From positions 57,042,001 through 57,106,000 of the forward strand of contig CM059432.1 in NCBI GenBank assembly GCA_030390025.1: a stretch of 64,000 nucleotides of DNA. The letters run 5' to 3'. Made by a program: the position numbers and the translations under genes. Positions 38,365-50,739 of this stretch are shown here, piece after piece. The notes beneath the pieces are model-generated. The model did no database searches, was not told the origin of the DNA, and was given only the letters and a program-made list of their open reading frames with translations. The stretch's first letter is position 1, and each line of letters begins with the position of its first letter. The stretch comes from Squalus acanthias. Lineage: Eukaryota.

Positions 38365-38808
38365 TTGTAACTAGCAGAATAGATAAGGGGGAACCAGTAG
38401 ATGTGGTGTATTTAGATTTTCAGAAGGCATTCGATAAGGTGCCACACAAGAGGTTATTAAACAAAATTAGGGCTCATGGGATTGGGGGTAATATACTAGC
38501 ATGGATTGAGGATTGGTTAACGGACAGAAAACAGAGAGCAGGAATAAACGGGTCATTTTCGGGTTGGCAGGCTGTAACGAGTGGGGTTCCACAAAGATCA
38601 GTGCTTGGGCCACAGCTATTCACAATCTACATCAATTATTTGGATGAGGGGACCAAATGTAATATATCCAAGTTTGCCGATGAGTGGGAATGTAAGTTGT
38701 GAGGAGGATGCAAAGAGGCTTCAAGGGGATATAGACAGGCTAAGTGAGTGGTCAAGAACATGGCAAATGGAATATAAGTGTGAAGTTATCCACTTTGGTA
38801 GGAAAAAC
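38365..38808 (+). mobile_element. CR1 RT fragment, head-to-head with the preceding 3' end
   Basis: VTSRIDKGEPVDVVYLDFQKAFDKVPH...KFAD...HFGRKN; closely similar to 34906-35366. Confidence 0.93.
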
Positions 38809-41800
38809 ATTCACTCCTCAACATTCTACTCCAGGGAATACAAACAAATCTGGCGATTTTCTCCAGGTAGGTGGGTTGGAGCACAGAGCTGGATTCCCTA
38901 CCTTAAACCATTGAGAATTGGGAGTCCTTCCTTGGTATGGAGCGCAGAAGGGAGAAGGTAAACTGAAGATAACAGCACAGAGAGATCACGTGTCTCTGTA
39001 TGAGCACCGCTTCCCTCAGGACCACTTTAATGGAAAAAGGATATCACTTGCTCAATGTGAATGTTGTCACGAAAATGGCAGTGACCAAGTTATCAAAGCA
39101 GGTGTTTCTGCTATTACAGTATTATTTAATTAGAAGTCTTACTTTTTTGTTTGTTCTTTGTTTTGCTTTGGCAATTTTCAACTAGGTGACTATGCTATCT
39201 TGGTCTTGCAGGGAAATGAAGACACACTCGTGATGTGTTTCACATATTGTGATTGGTTCGCTGGCTGGCTGTAGGTTTATGGGGATTGAGCTAAATTTTG
39301 ACATTTGGTCCTAAAATTAACCAGTCAGAAAATGTATTGGCTTGATTTGAATTTCATCATCTGCCCATTAAGTCTAATGATTCTGTGGCTCAATATTTTT
39401 CCCTAGATTATTAACTTAATGAAAATATATTTCAGCACATAAAGCCAGCATTAGCAATTGAATGACTGGCAAACGGCCAGTGTGATCACTGGCACAGAAT
39501 AATTATAAATAAAATACAGACACTGTAAGTGATACATTATTCCAATATTGTTTACATCACCAACATGATTTCAACAGAACAGAAGAAAAAAAGTCATTTT
39601 TCAAAGTCATCTGCCTCCCCACCTCGCCCCCAGAAAGGAAAATGATTGGACTGCTATTTCCTCTGTTTGTTTACATGGTAGTAAGGGGTGGCTGCACCAA
39701 CTGTTTACTGGATATTCACTGTATTGTCTCAGTGGAAGTGTCACTTTCCTCCCCTGTAATGTTAGGATGAGGCTAGGATCAATGGCTTTCACCTTAAATT
39801 TAATGTTCCTTGCTACTTCTGCAGAGCTCTGTTCAGGTGGTAAAGGGATGGTGTCCTTAAAATGGATGTTCTTGGAAGAGAAACTTGCTGCCAGGTTTCT
39901 GAGGGATGTCCTTGTGAATTTTGATGTAGTTCGGATCCAATTGTGTTCAGCAAGTATGTTGTTCAAAGTAGCTTTTTGTGTTTGTGCATTTTTCTGTTGT
40001 TCCATTTTGTTAAGTATTACTGGGAACTATTTCATTTTCCACATAACTGGTTAATGCTATCAAACTTATTGAAACCTATGAGGTTCAGTATTCACATTCA
40101 TTTTATAGAAGGCAGAGCAGTTGCACTTGACAAGCCTCACTTGCCTCCAATTCATTTCTAGTTGGAAAGGCTCTATCTATGTAATCTATACAAAAAAATC
40201 GACAGTAAACAGTCTGAAGGATGTTTTAAGGGGACTTGAATTATGATTAAAATACACTTAGTTTTTGCATCCTAGTGATATTCCCAGCATCATTCTGAAC
40301 CATTTTTTCAAAAGATGAGTTGCTTGTGTGTGTTCACTTTGTTTTTCTCTGGATGGGACTATTGTTTTAATAAATGAGTTCATTGTAAACAATAAAGGCA
40401 AATATGTTCTCAATGAGATGGCATTATAAAGGATTAATTAATCACCTGTGCATCTCTCGGGCTCAGTCTGCAATGTGTTACTAAAAAACCTGCTATAAAT
40501 CCATTGAGTCTGGGGAGATGAGGCTTAGAGCCATTACAACACTGCTGACTAACATCACAAAAAGACTGTGGTTTATTTTCTGGGCAGTGTGGCTTCTGGC
40601 ACAGGTGTAGAACAGCTGTTGAAGGACAGGAAAATCTGGCTCAGATTCAATAGCTAGAACTACACTGCTTCTCTGCCATAGGCTATGTTTCAACAGGCCT
40701 TTTAGAATATCCTAGAGGTGTTACAAAAATGAGTCATTGCTTCATTTAAATATTATACTACTTTAAATGAAGGCTGGCATGATTTTCTATCCCTTTAAGC
40801 AGGATTATGTTGAGTCCATCTATAGGGGTCTGTGGGAAGCTCTATGGATGATAGTACTCTTTAAAAAGTCAGATGCTTTTGACATTTTTAAAAATATTTT
40901 CCTGTTTACAGTACATTTCACTAATGATTTTTGTTGGTCGTTGGCTAGTCATATTAAAATGAATAATGATGGTTGGTATTAGAGTGCCACAGATACAGTA
41001 TTTCACGTGGGTGAAGTGGTACAAGATGAAAGAAGGAATGCCTGAGTCGAACTGTGACATTTATTATGTCATAAACCATATCTTTTACAGTGGCGCACTT
41101 ACCTGGCTGCGAATGTGGGAAACTGTCAGCACAGAGCCAACTTAAGATTGGTACCATCAGATGCAAGGATACCTGCAGTCATCCTGCACCATAGGGATAG
41201 TACTGATAGTGGCAGTCAAGGTCATTTCATCTTTTTGCCACTACATTCTTTCAGATTATCATAGAGATCCTCTGAAGTATGGTCAATGTGCTGTCCATGC
41301 ATGTATCAAACATGTGACTTATGCATAGATCAGCAACACCTGCACTTACATCTCCTTTTCCACTGGATAGCAACAGCAGCATAATATGGCTGCCCAATGT
41401 CATCGCACTGTTCCATTTCCTAAAGGAGAGAGGTCATTGATGACAGCATGTTGGCATTCTGCAGACCATTCTGAGTATCGGTAAGTTACTGTGCAGCTAA
41501 GTTATGTTGCAATCATTTTGTGTGTGAAACCCATTGAAGATGTGATTGTGGCAAGGGTTTTAGTAGTAAGTTGCAGCTTGAATGTTGCTCTGCTTGAGTA
41601 TGAACATACATAGTACAGATTGACATGCAGTACTTCGAGCTATCTAGCTGGTGAATGATACTGTTCAGTAGTCTTACCGTGACAACTTATTAAGGTGTAC
41701 CAGCTTCTTAACCTGTTTCTAGGTTGTGCAAGTACTGTACACCACCTCCTGCTTGGATTTTATACTGCTGTCCTCTGGAGTGCCTAACAGAATAACCCTC

Positions 41801-43081
41801 TTTGCACTCACCTCATACAGTCGTACCGCCACTTCACCAACCATCAAACAAGCGTTTGGGTGCTGCATCACATCAACCTTTGGCCAGAGACTATTTTGTG
41901 CCTCCACATTTATTTCACATTCCTTTGGGCTTTTCCAGACACATCTTTGGTTCCATACAGCTTTTTGGAAAGGCTGAAAAATACTCTTAAAATACTGCAT
42001 CTTTTTCAAAAGCTGAAACCGTTTTTCTCACTTATTTGACTACTTACTTTTAAGTGACTGCAGCCCTTTAAGGCCTGATAGGTGTACAATTTCATTACTG
42101 CCCCCAAACACCCCACACTTTGGGGAAACTCTCAGCACCAGGCACAAAATGATCAGGATTACCTTGCATAAGTAATGAGGGTCAACCTCAAGAAATCCTG
42201 CAAGCTCAGCCCAGCACAACTTTGATAAGCAATAAGCTGGCTGCTCTCCAGTTTTTGTTTCTACATTGGGACTGGTGCTTCAAACTTGTTACACATGTGC
42301 ATCATATTTTTCCAGAATTTAACTGTTCTTGACAGCAGAAAGGTCAAGCTTAGTGTTTTGAAATAAAATGTGTATGTATCGGGCTCGCTCCCATCAGTGA
42401 TAGATGTCTACATTTTGATGAGGAAGCTGATTGCCAGCTTGTTACGGTTTTGCCGTGTAACTTTTGGGCTTTCTGTCACTCACCTTCTCAAAGTCTGAGT
42501 GTAATGTTTCAGTTCTACAGCTGTTTCGTGCTAATGTTGTTTTACATGTTTGTTGCAACGATTTTATTTAATGGTAACTATTGCAATAGATTAGGCTGTT
42601 AAGAATGAGAAAATAAGAGCTTTTTGCATTTAAAGGACCATTTCAATAATGTGTGTGATTTATTTCTTCAAACAGCAGGTTTCTTGCTTAAAGCAAATTA
42701 AAGTAATTTACTATTCCTTCAGTCCTGGTTCTCTCAGGGCATACATATTCAAGTACATGTATTTCTATTGTAAGGAATTGATGTAGTATTGACAGGGAAC
42801 TGAACTAATGTTTCTCCATTTGAAACCTATGTGTGGTTGCTAATGTACTGTCATATGTCATAAGATTTCAGAGGAAAGTATTTGTTTTGTGAATGTGAAA
42901 GAGCAGCTCCAGCATAAAATTACAGAATGATAGCATGAGAATAAAGGACAGGTAGCATTTTCTATTTTTTTTTGACAAAGTTGCATTTGACTCTGCAGGA
43001 AACTGGAGATCATGCACTTTGTCTTTCAAATGACCAGTTCAGTGAAATCACTTACAATAGATTTAAAGTTACTGTGCTAGT

Positions 43082-43198
43082 ATTTCCGACATTACAACAG
43101 TGACTACACTCCAAAAGTACTTCATTGGCTGTAAAGTGCTTTGAGATATCCGGTGGCCGTGAAAGGCGCTATATAAATGCAAGTCTTTCTTTTTTCTT
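43082..43198 (+). mobile_element. DeuSINE/SacSINE1-like SINE 3' tail
   Basis: CATTACAACAGTGACTACACT...GGCGCTATATAAATGCAAGTCTTTC; L2-type tail. Confidence 0.8.
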
Positions 43199-43479
43199 TA
43201 ACTGATGATTCATCCAATCTTTTTGCACTTCTGACTGGATTGCCGATATGGTTCAACACTTGTCTGCAGTCACATGTTTTTGTGTATTCTGTATCAGTTC
43301 TATATTTAGCTGTAAGTGTTGAAATGTAGAACACACTCAACAGAAATACAGAAAAAGATGATGCAAAATTGAAGAATTATTGAATAAAGAATCCTGACAG
43401 CTTAACTTTAAGCTTACAAGACATTTAAAGTAAGCTAATAAACAGACACCAAAGATTTTCTCCACAGCACAATTGGGAA

Positions 43480-43740
43480 AAGCACTGCTCAGTGTGGAAC
43501 GGAGCCCTATAGAACAGGAAGGTCCCATGCTCAGACTGTGGTATGTGTTGAGTTAGCTGATCTCAGTCAAAGTGACAGTAACTGTGCTACAAATGGGCTC
43601 AATGCTGAAATCTAGGAAGGGGAAAAATCAGCTATGATTCCCAGTGACTCTTGCTGGAGAGTGTAAGTGTGCAGAAATCAGGTGAGAATCAGATTGTGAT
43701 ATCCCACACATTCCAATAGCCTTCTGATACCCATTGTCTT
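43480..43740 (+). mobile_element. Old SINE-like interspersed repeat, copy 1
   Basis: Loosely collinear with 59420-59660 (GAGCC..CAGG...GAGTTAGCTGA...GCTACAA.TGG.CTCA...AAAAATCA). Confidence 0.55.
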
Positions 43741-45404
43741 GAGGGTTACTCATTAATTTTCGTTTCGTGCTTCTAGTTCACTCTGTTTCTATATGTATGT
43801 ATCTATCCCTAAGTGTGTTTATATCATTCACTCTGTGTTTCTCTTGTGAATGGAAGCCAGAGCCTTAGGTGAGGTGGGTTTCTAGTAGTGCCAGGACTCT
43901 GTTCTGAAAATCACTGGTCTAGACAATTGTTGGTGAATATGAAACTGTATCCCACAATGAAGGGACTGTTAGGGACAGAGCAAAAAGAAGAGAGGGTAAA
44001 GCACAGAGGCTCAGTAATGAGTTAAATTCAGAAGGAATCGAAACAAGGAAAGTGAAACCACAAGAAAAAACTGCAGTAATTCAATAAAGTAAAGGCTCAA
44101 TCAAATACGAAGAAATTTGCTAGCAACCTTTAGTGTGAAGTTACTAGAAAGTCTTTTTATCTTCAAGAGGGTGAAAGAAAACAAGTTAACTTTAATTATG
44201 ATGAAACACTGATCAATTGACACACTACAATGAGATTGCCAAGGGAGACGAGGAAGAACTTTAAGAAACACTGAATTATTTATTAATTTGAGACTATATC
44301 CCAAGATGATGTTGAGAAGTAAGCAAAACCCAAAAGTACTGAACAATTTGATTTTTTTTTAATATAAAAGTTTATAATGAACTCTTGTTACAATTCATTT
44401 ACTGATTAGCATAAGTCTTCTCTACTATTAAACTATGAAAATCTGCTTTTACACTTGGCCTTTGATCTAGCTATAACAACTTAAATTGATGCAGAATTAT
44501 ATTTTTTTTACTTAGGGAAACATTAAGGATGTGCCAAATTACATTTTGCTCCTTTCCTTTGGAATATATGTTTACTTTCCTCCACTATTTCTCCTGTCAT
44601 AAGCTCCCATGATTTGTGACTTTTATAACCAACAGAGACTAGCTTTCAAGCCTCCACCAACTCTACACTGTAGAAAGCCAGCAAATAGGAAATTATTTTG
44701 GTGCTCGCACAGGTGATCTATGTTTTTTTCTCTCTCTCCCTCTCTCACAGTACTTGGCCATGTGGCAGCACAGTTGAAATTTAGAACTCACCATCTGAAT
44801 GAAAAACAATGTTCTTCCACTTTGGAGCTCCAAATTGCCAAGTCATTCCAATATTTCAGCTTTCTGTATGGGTGTTTTAATTTTATGACCTTGCTGTTTT
44901 TTCCTGAACAAATTTTTCTTTTTCTCTTTGCTATAATAATGTATTGGACATCAAATAGCTTTCTTCCAACTGGGAAACCTAAGATAAAATTGTCTGAACA
45001 ATGCTATCAACATCCTTCACTGTGTTGAATTTTATTAGACTACACTCTTGTTTGTTTCAGTTATATTTGTAGATACACTGCCGCCACTAAAATCATTTAC
45101 ACAGAATTAAAAGTTCTGCACAGCAGTAACAGTGAAAGCACTAAAACCCTTCTCCAGTTTAATTTCAAATCAACATTGTCCATTTCCTGTTCAAATTAAG
45201 GATTTAAATTGCAGCATGCTGACATCATCAGAATGCAGTGAGTGCATCACCAATCAAAACTAGCAAGTTAAAAATAGTATTCTTCTCCTTGGGTGTTATG
45301 CTATCTGTGTGTGTTTTTTTTAGCAACTTTTATTTTATTCTGAATGTACAAAAACCGTGTCTGTTATCTTCTGGTCCAGCACATTGTGCCTGAAAGGCAT
45401 TAAT

Positions 45405-45812
45405 CTTAGCTCAGTGGTCGCACTCTCACCTCTGAGTCAGAAGGTTGTGGGTTCAAGCCCCACTCACAGACTTGTGCACTTAATCTAAGCTGACACTTCA
45501 GTGTAGTAGAGGGAGTGCTGCACTGTCAGAGGTGCCATCTGTTGGATGACACGTTAAACTGAGGCCCCTCTGCCCTTTCAAGTAAAAATCTGATTTTAAT
45601 ATTCAAATAGAGGGGTAGTTCTTCAGGTATCTTGGCCAACCAACATGGCTAAAACAGATTATCTGGTCATTTATTGCTGTTTGTGGAACCTTGCTGCTGT
45701 ATTTGCCTATATTACAACAATGGATAAACGTCAAAATTACTTCATTGGCTGTGAAGTGATTTGGGAAGTCCTGAGATCATGAAAGGTAATCAATACAAGT
45801 ATTTTATTTCTT
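45405..45812 (+). mobile_element. Near full-length tRNA-headed DeuSINE (SacSINE1-like)
   Basis: A-box TAGCTCAGTGG, B-box GGTTCAAGCCC, Deu-like core GAGGTGCCATCTGTTGGATGACACGTTAAACTGAGGCCCC (matched from memory), L2-type tail. Confidence 0.8.
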
Positions 45813-46616
45813 TTAAAAGACCCTAAAACAAATTCTGCAGCAAATTGAAAGTATTTAGAATGTTAATATAAACATTTTGTTGCAGGGATATTCAGCACGA
45901 AAGCTATGGCAATTTTTAATTCGGAATTTTGAAGAACTAACTATTTCCTGATTTGGAGAGCGTTTTATTGATGTTTCTAGATTATTTTGCTTTGGAGATT
46001 CTGTAATTGTATTGGACAAGCACTGGATTCTCCTTCCGAGAGTCCTGAGTTCAGATCCCAATTCAGGTGCCATTGAGTTCGCCTCTTTGAGTGTGTATCT
46101 TACCCATTTTGGAAAATGTTTAGAAGCAGCTATCCTTAGTTCAGTGCACCTGATATGTAGCAACTGAAACTGTCTGTGGAAGCGTCCGTCTAATAAACTA
46201 TTGTAGCCTCTTGCTACGATATGTAGCAGGAAGCCAGCATAACTTTTTTTTAAATATAATTTTTCCAAATGTATATTTATCCTAAGATCTTTCTTGGATT
46301 TACATTTTTATTGCTGAGAGGACAGGCAGGCAAACAACCTAAGCTCAGGTATCTGTAAATGTCCCATTTGGCCCATTACTAGGAGACATCAAGTATCACA
46401 CAAGTAGGACACCCCTATTGAATTTCCACCTGCCTACATAGGGAGATGTTACAGTTTCACAATGCAGCTTGTATTAGAAGCTGAACGTATTAGGGGATTG
46501 AATCTGTACATTCTGTGGCAAAAGCAAAATACTGCAGATGCTGGAAATCTGAAACAAAAACAGAAAATGCTGGAAATGCTCAGCAGATCAGATAGCATCT
46601 ATAGAAAGAGAAACAG

Positions 46617-46653
46617 AGTTAACGTTTCAGGTCGATGACCTTTCCTCAGAACT
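46617..46653 (-). ncRNA. Minimal type I hammerhead ribozyme motif, core intact
   Basis: Minus strand reads AGUU-CUGAGGA-A-AGGUC-AUC-GACCU-GAAAC-GUU-AACU: stem I AGUU/AACU, 5-bp stem II, palindromic ACGU stem III. Confidence 0.8.
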
Positions 46654-47136
46654 GGAAAAAGTTAGAGATGTAACAGATTTTAAGCAAGTACAGAGGTAGG
46701 GGGAGGGGAGGAAAGAACAAAAGGGAAGGTCTGTGATAGGGTGGAAGGCAGGAGTGATTGAATGACAAAAGGGATGATTGTACAAAGCAAAAGGAGTTGG
46801 TAATGGGACAAGTAAAGAAACAAAAGAGGAGTCTAGAAGAGGTGTAAATGGGAATGGCAGAATCATCAACAGCTGAAAAAATAGGGGCAGATGTTATGGT
46901 CTGAAATTGTTGAACTCGATGTTGAGTCCAGAAGGCTGTAGAGTTCCTAATCGAAAGATGAGGTGCTGTTCCTCGAGCTTACGTTGAGCTTCATAGGAAC
47001 AGTATACGAGGCCGAGGTTAGAGTGGGAGTGGAGCAGAGAATTAAAGTGAAAGGCGCCGGAAGCTCAGGGTCACGCTTATGGACTGAATGGAGGTGTTCC
47101 GCAAAGTGGTCACCTAATCTGCGCCTAACTTTTTCC

Positions 47137-47173
47137 AGTTCTGACGAAACGTCATCGACCTGAAATGTTAACT
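47137..47173 (+). ncRNA. Hammerhead motif, degenerate copy
   Basis: AGUU-CUGACGA-A-ACGUC-AUC-GACCU-GAAAU-GUU-AACU; one stem II mismatch and one C>U change. Confidence 0.65.
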
Positions 47174-47972
47174 CTGTTTCTCTCCACAGATGCTGTCTGG
47201 CCTGCTGAGCATTTCCAGCATTTTCTGTTTTTATTCCATACTGTGGCAATGAGTCAAAAGGTGTGCTGCTATAATTTTTGCAGTTAATTTTTTAATTGAT
47301 TTTTTTTTTACGACTGCATTCCTCATTGCTTCACTTAGTCACAGTGCACTTTGCTCAATTTTAATCTTGCATTCTACATTGGCATGAAATGATTAGATTT
47401 AGGGATCCCCCTTCTATATGGAAAAAGCTATGTCAATCTATTTAGTGTGTTCCATTCACACACAGAGGTATATTGACACAATCTTAGTTTAATGTTCCTC
47501 TTGGAAGATTAAAGCTATTTTTGCCATCCATAAATTCACTAGGCAGCATGAAGTCAGCTGAATTCATAGATAGTCAGGGCCTGAGCTACAGAGAAGCTAA
47601 TTACTTGTGTGGAATATGAGTTATTGATTTACGTCCCACTTCAGATAAATTGAAAAATGCAGCATTTGGCTAAGCAAGTATATAACTGTGAAGCTGGTAA
47701 TCCAATAAATACAATGTTTATGAAAAATGGATTGATTTAATCATCACAGTAAGTAAATATTAGTCAGTGATACTTTCATTACTGGCCTAATAATACTGAT
47801 CCTGCTATTGCTGATATTAATGCTTTCTTTCTGTTATACTGGGCTGGATTTTAATGCCCAGGAGCGCATGCTTTGGGCGTTAGGCTGTGTGCAAGTAAAC
47901 TGACCTCGGGAGAGGCAGGTTGCCACTTAACATATGGTAATCGCTCAATTAGAGCGATATTGACATGGGTTT

Positions 47973-48582
47973 TAGGAATATAGGAAGGAATATAGGAACA
48001 TAGGAACAGGAGTAGGCCATTCAGCCCCTCGAGCCTGTTCCACTATTCAATGAGATCATGGCTGATCTGCATCCTAACTCTATCCACCCGCTTTAGCTCC
48101 ATATCCCTTATTACGCTTGGCTAGCAAAAATCTATTGATCTCAGATTTAAAATTATTAATTGAGCTAGCATCTACTGCTTTTTGTGGGGAAGTTTTCCAC
48201 ACTTCTACCACCCTTTGTGTGAAGAAGTGTTTCCCAACTTCCCTCCTGAACGACCTGGCTCTGATTTGAAGGTTTTTGTCCCCTTCTGCTAGACTCCCCT
48301 GCCAGCAGAATAAGTTTCTCCCTATCTACGCCATCAGTTCCTTTCAAAATCCTAAAAACCTCAATCAAGTCACCCCTTAACCTTCTATATTCCAGGGAAT
48401 ACAAGCCTAGTTTATGTATAATCTTCTCATAATTTAACTCTTGGAGCCCTGGTAACATTTTGGTGAATCTGCGCTGCACTCCTTCCAATGCCAATATCTC
48501 CTTTCTAAGGTGCGGTGCCCAGAACTATATACAGTACTCCAGATATGGTCCAACCAGGGCTTTGTATAGCTGTAGCAAAACT
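47973..48582 (-). mobile_element. CR1 3' fragment nested in Harbinger
   Basis: ORF 48165-48494 (LEGVQRRFTKMLPG...RLRGDLIEVF); GGAAYATAGG tail. Confidence 0.93.
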
Positions 48583-48589
48583 GCACCCT

Positions 48590-49632
48590 CCAACCTGGAC
48601 TCTCCACTGCTGTCCCTGACTCCACCATCTGCTCTTGTTCACTTGTGAAGTGCAAGTCACCATGTGAAACCTGACTATCTCTCTAACTATTGCCACCGAA
48701 GTGCGAGTATCTGAGCTGGTACATAGTCTGTATATATAATGTAACAGTGCACCCTCAGAGGGAGTGAGCTCCTCAACCACCTTTGATGGATGCATGAAGG
48801 CCCTGTGGGAGATAAAAGACATGAATGAGTTCTGTCAAGGAAAGCATGTTTGAAGTTCTCATTATGCACATGATCATATTTCACTCGCTGTTGTCATCAA
48901 GTCAACATGACTGAGTGGTGTATGCCATGTGGCTGCCTGATATTTAATTCTATCACCAGGTAGCTGGCAAGCCCCTATCTCGGACAGCCAGGCACATCGA
49001 GACTCCGCTGATCTCCACTGCCCACTCCTCTGTAGCTGTTAATTGCGAGACCTGTGGAGGTCCACCTCCAGTTCTCTGCATCTCCCTGCTGTTCTGTGCT
49101 CTCTTCTCCTGCAAGGAGGGAAAGGAGCGACCTATGAGTGAGAGTATTGGCATGTGTTCACTTGATGGATGGAGAGCATTTCTTGAGGGTGACTATGAGG
49201 GATAGGCATGACATCGCATAAGGTTGAGGGTGAGTGTCAGTGGTGGATGGATAGATGGGGATGTGAGGAAGTGTATAGACGGAGAGGGATGGGTGCACCT
49301 GCAAAGTAAGTTGGTGTGAGGAGTGATGTGCTGGAGTAGGCTTGAGAAGGCAGAGTGAGGGGGTTGGGGTGATACGCACATTAAAATGCAGGGCAATGTG
49401 CCATTGCTCTCACTTTTCCTGCCCTGCTTAGGTCATTGAAGCGCTTACTTCATTCAATCCAAGAGAGTGGCACCACACTCCCGCTGCTGACTTCCTCGGC
49501 AACCTCAAACCATGTCGTCTTTGTCTCACCAGGTAGGGAACAGTATCTCCCTCCAGGTCCTCACAGTCCCCAGCAGCACATCCAGGGAGGCGTCAGTGAA
49601 GCAGGCGCAGCCTTTGCCCATCTCGATTCCAT
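48590..49632 (-). pseudogene. Harbinger Myb/SANT-like DNA-binding gene (NAIF1-related family), multi-exon, disabled
   Basis: Exon 1 reads AAP-FTDASLDVLLGTVRTWREILFP / TKTTWFEVAEEVSSGSVVPLSWIE*SKRFNDLSRAGK then GTGAG. Exon 2 follows TTGCAG: EKRAQNSREMQRTGGGPPQVSQLTATEEWAVEISG. Probable exon 3 follows CCCACAG near 48800. Confidence 0.85.
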
Positions 49633-50739
49633 TCCAACACTTCTTTCTCTCCCCATGACAATGGCAACTGCTTCACTGGCAAGTTTGGACTGTCCCTTTA
49701 AATACTGGAGTTGAGATCACATTATGCGGGTTGTCATCACGCCTGCTGATGCTAATTGGACAGGAAACCAGGAAATCAGATGTTAATGAAGTGGCTGCGT
49801 TAAAAAGCCACTGACAGACACGCTGCACATATTTCCGTGTTTCCCACGTGCTATTGGGCCCTCCCACTCTCAGTGCGTCTGTGCATTAAGGTCCAATGCA
49901 CTAACACAGCTAGTTGAGTTTGAATGTAAATTGAGGCTGGTATTTGATCCTGGGCTCTCTGGGAATCCAACATAGTCCTAAAGTTGTTATGGGTATGCCC
50001 TCGTTTAAAGATATTGTTTAATTTCATTGATGCCACCTAATGTTTAAATTCCTCAGTCTAAGGAATATTTAAAAATACTTTTCCTTGTGCACCTTCTGCC
50101 ATTAAATTATGTTTATACTGTCTGTTTTGTGCCAAAGTGAGCCTGGCAGAGATTCAATTCTAGAGTGAAATTGATGATGTAAACCCTGGCAACCTGCTCA
50201 TACTAGCACAAAGATTTGTCACTTCCCAGCACAATAACTGGATGTGTTGTACTTTAAATATTGATCCAGTCTGAAGATGGTATCTCTAACATTGACATGC
50301 AGTGAGATTGCCCAGCAGCAAAAATTCAGAGTAAATAGTGATATTACTTGTACCTGACTGTTGTCTTGTTAAATCCATTTGGTAATGCCTGACTGTTTTA
50401 TTCAAGGTTTTGCAATACCTTGCTGGAACAAAGCATGTAAACTAGGCACCTCTGATTAGTTTTTTTAGTGAGGGAGTAGGTTGCAGTTATGCAGCTTTCC
50501 TTTCTTGATAAGTTTACCTGAAAATAAAATAGATTAAAAAAATGCTAACTCTAAGAAAGTGAAACCTCTAATTGAAACCAGCAAATATCCAATCATTCTA
50601 ATTAAGCAGACCCAATAGAAAATCTGAAATATTAATCAGTTCCTAAGCAAATGCTCCTTTGATCAAATATTTTCTATTTTTGCATCGATTAAGGTGAGGG
50701 ATGACAGTGCTGGGAAATAAATCACTTCTCTACTTTTCA

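Larger units (their letters stand above)
46522..47236 (-). mobile_element. Penelope-like retroelement, 5'-truncated, with inverted terminal repeat
   Basis: Minus strand encodes the GIY-YIG C-terminus (RRLGDHFAEHLHSVHKRDPELP...EAQRKLEEQHLIFRLGTLQPSGLNIEFNNF). About 46553-46662 is inverted at 47125-47236. 13-bp TSD CATTCTGTGGCAA / CATACTGTGGCAA. Confidence 0.93.
47841..49899 (-). mobile_element. Internally deleted Harbinger transposon carrying a Myb/SANT gene remnant
   Basis: Ends GGGCTGGATTTTAATGCCC / GTGCATTAAGGTCCAATGC (13/19 inverted match); exact TSD ACT (47838-47840, 49900-49902). Confidence 0.85.

Noticed and set aside
41095..41490. Strong-looking splice donors (minus strand near 41100, plus strand near 41481)
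   Set aside because: The implied exons are short, with weak acceptors or frame-shifting lengths and unrecognisable peptides.
45405..45480. tRNA gene
   Set aside because: A and B boxes are present, but the sequence runs straight into a SINE body; it is a tRNA-derived SINE head.
45855..46268. 137-aa minus-strand ORF
   Set aside because: No recognisable homology, non-ATG start, and opposite to the inferred host strand. A TBLASTN search would settle it.
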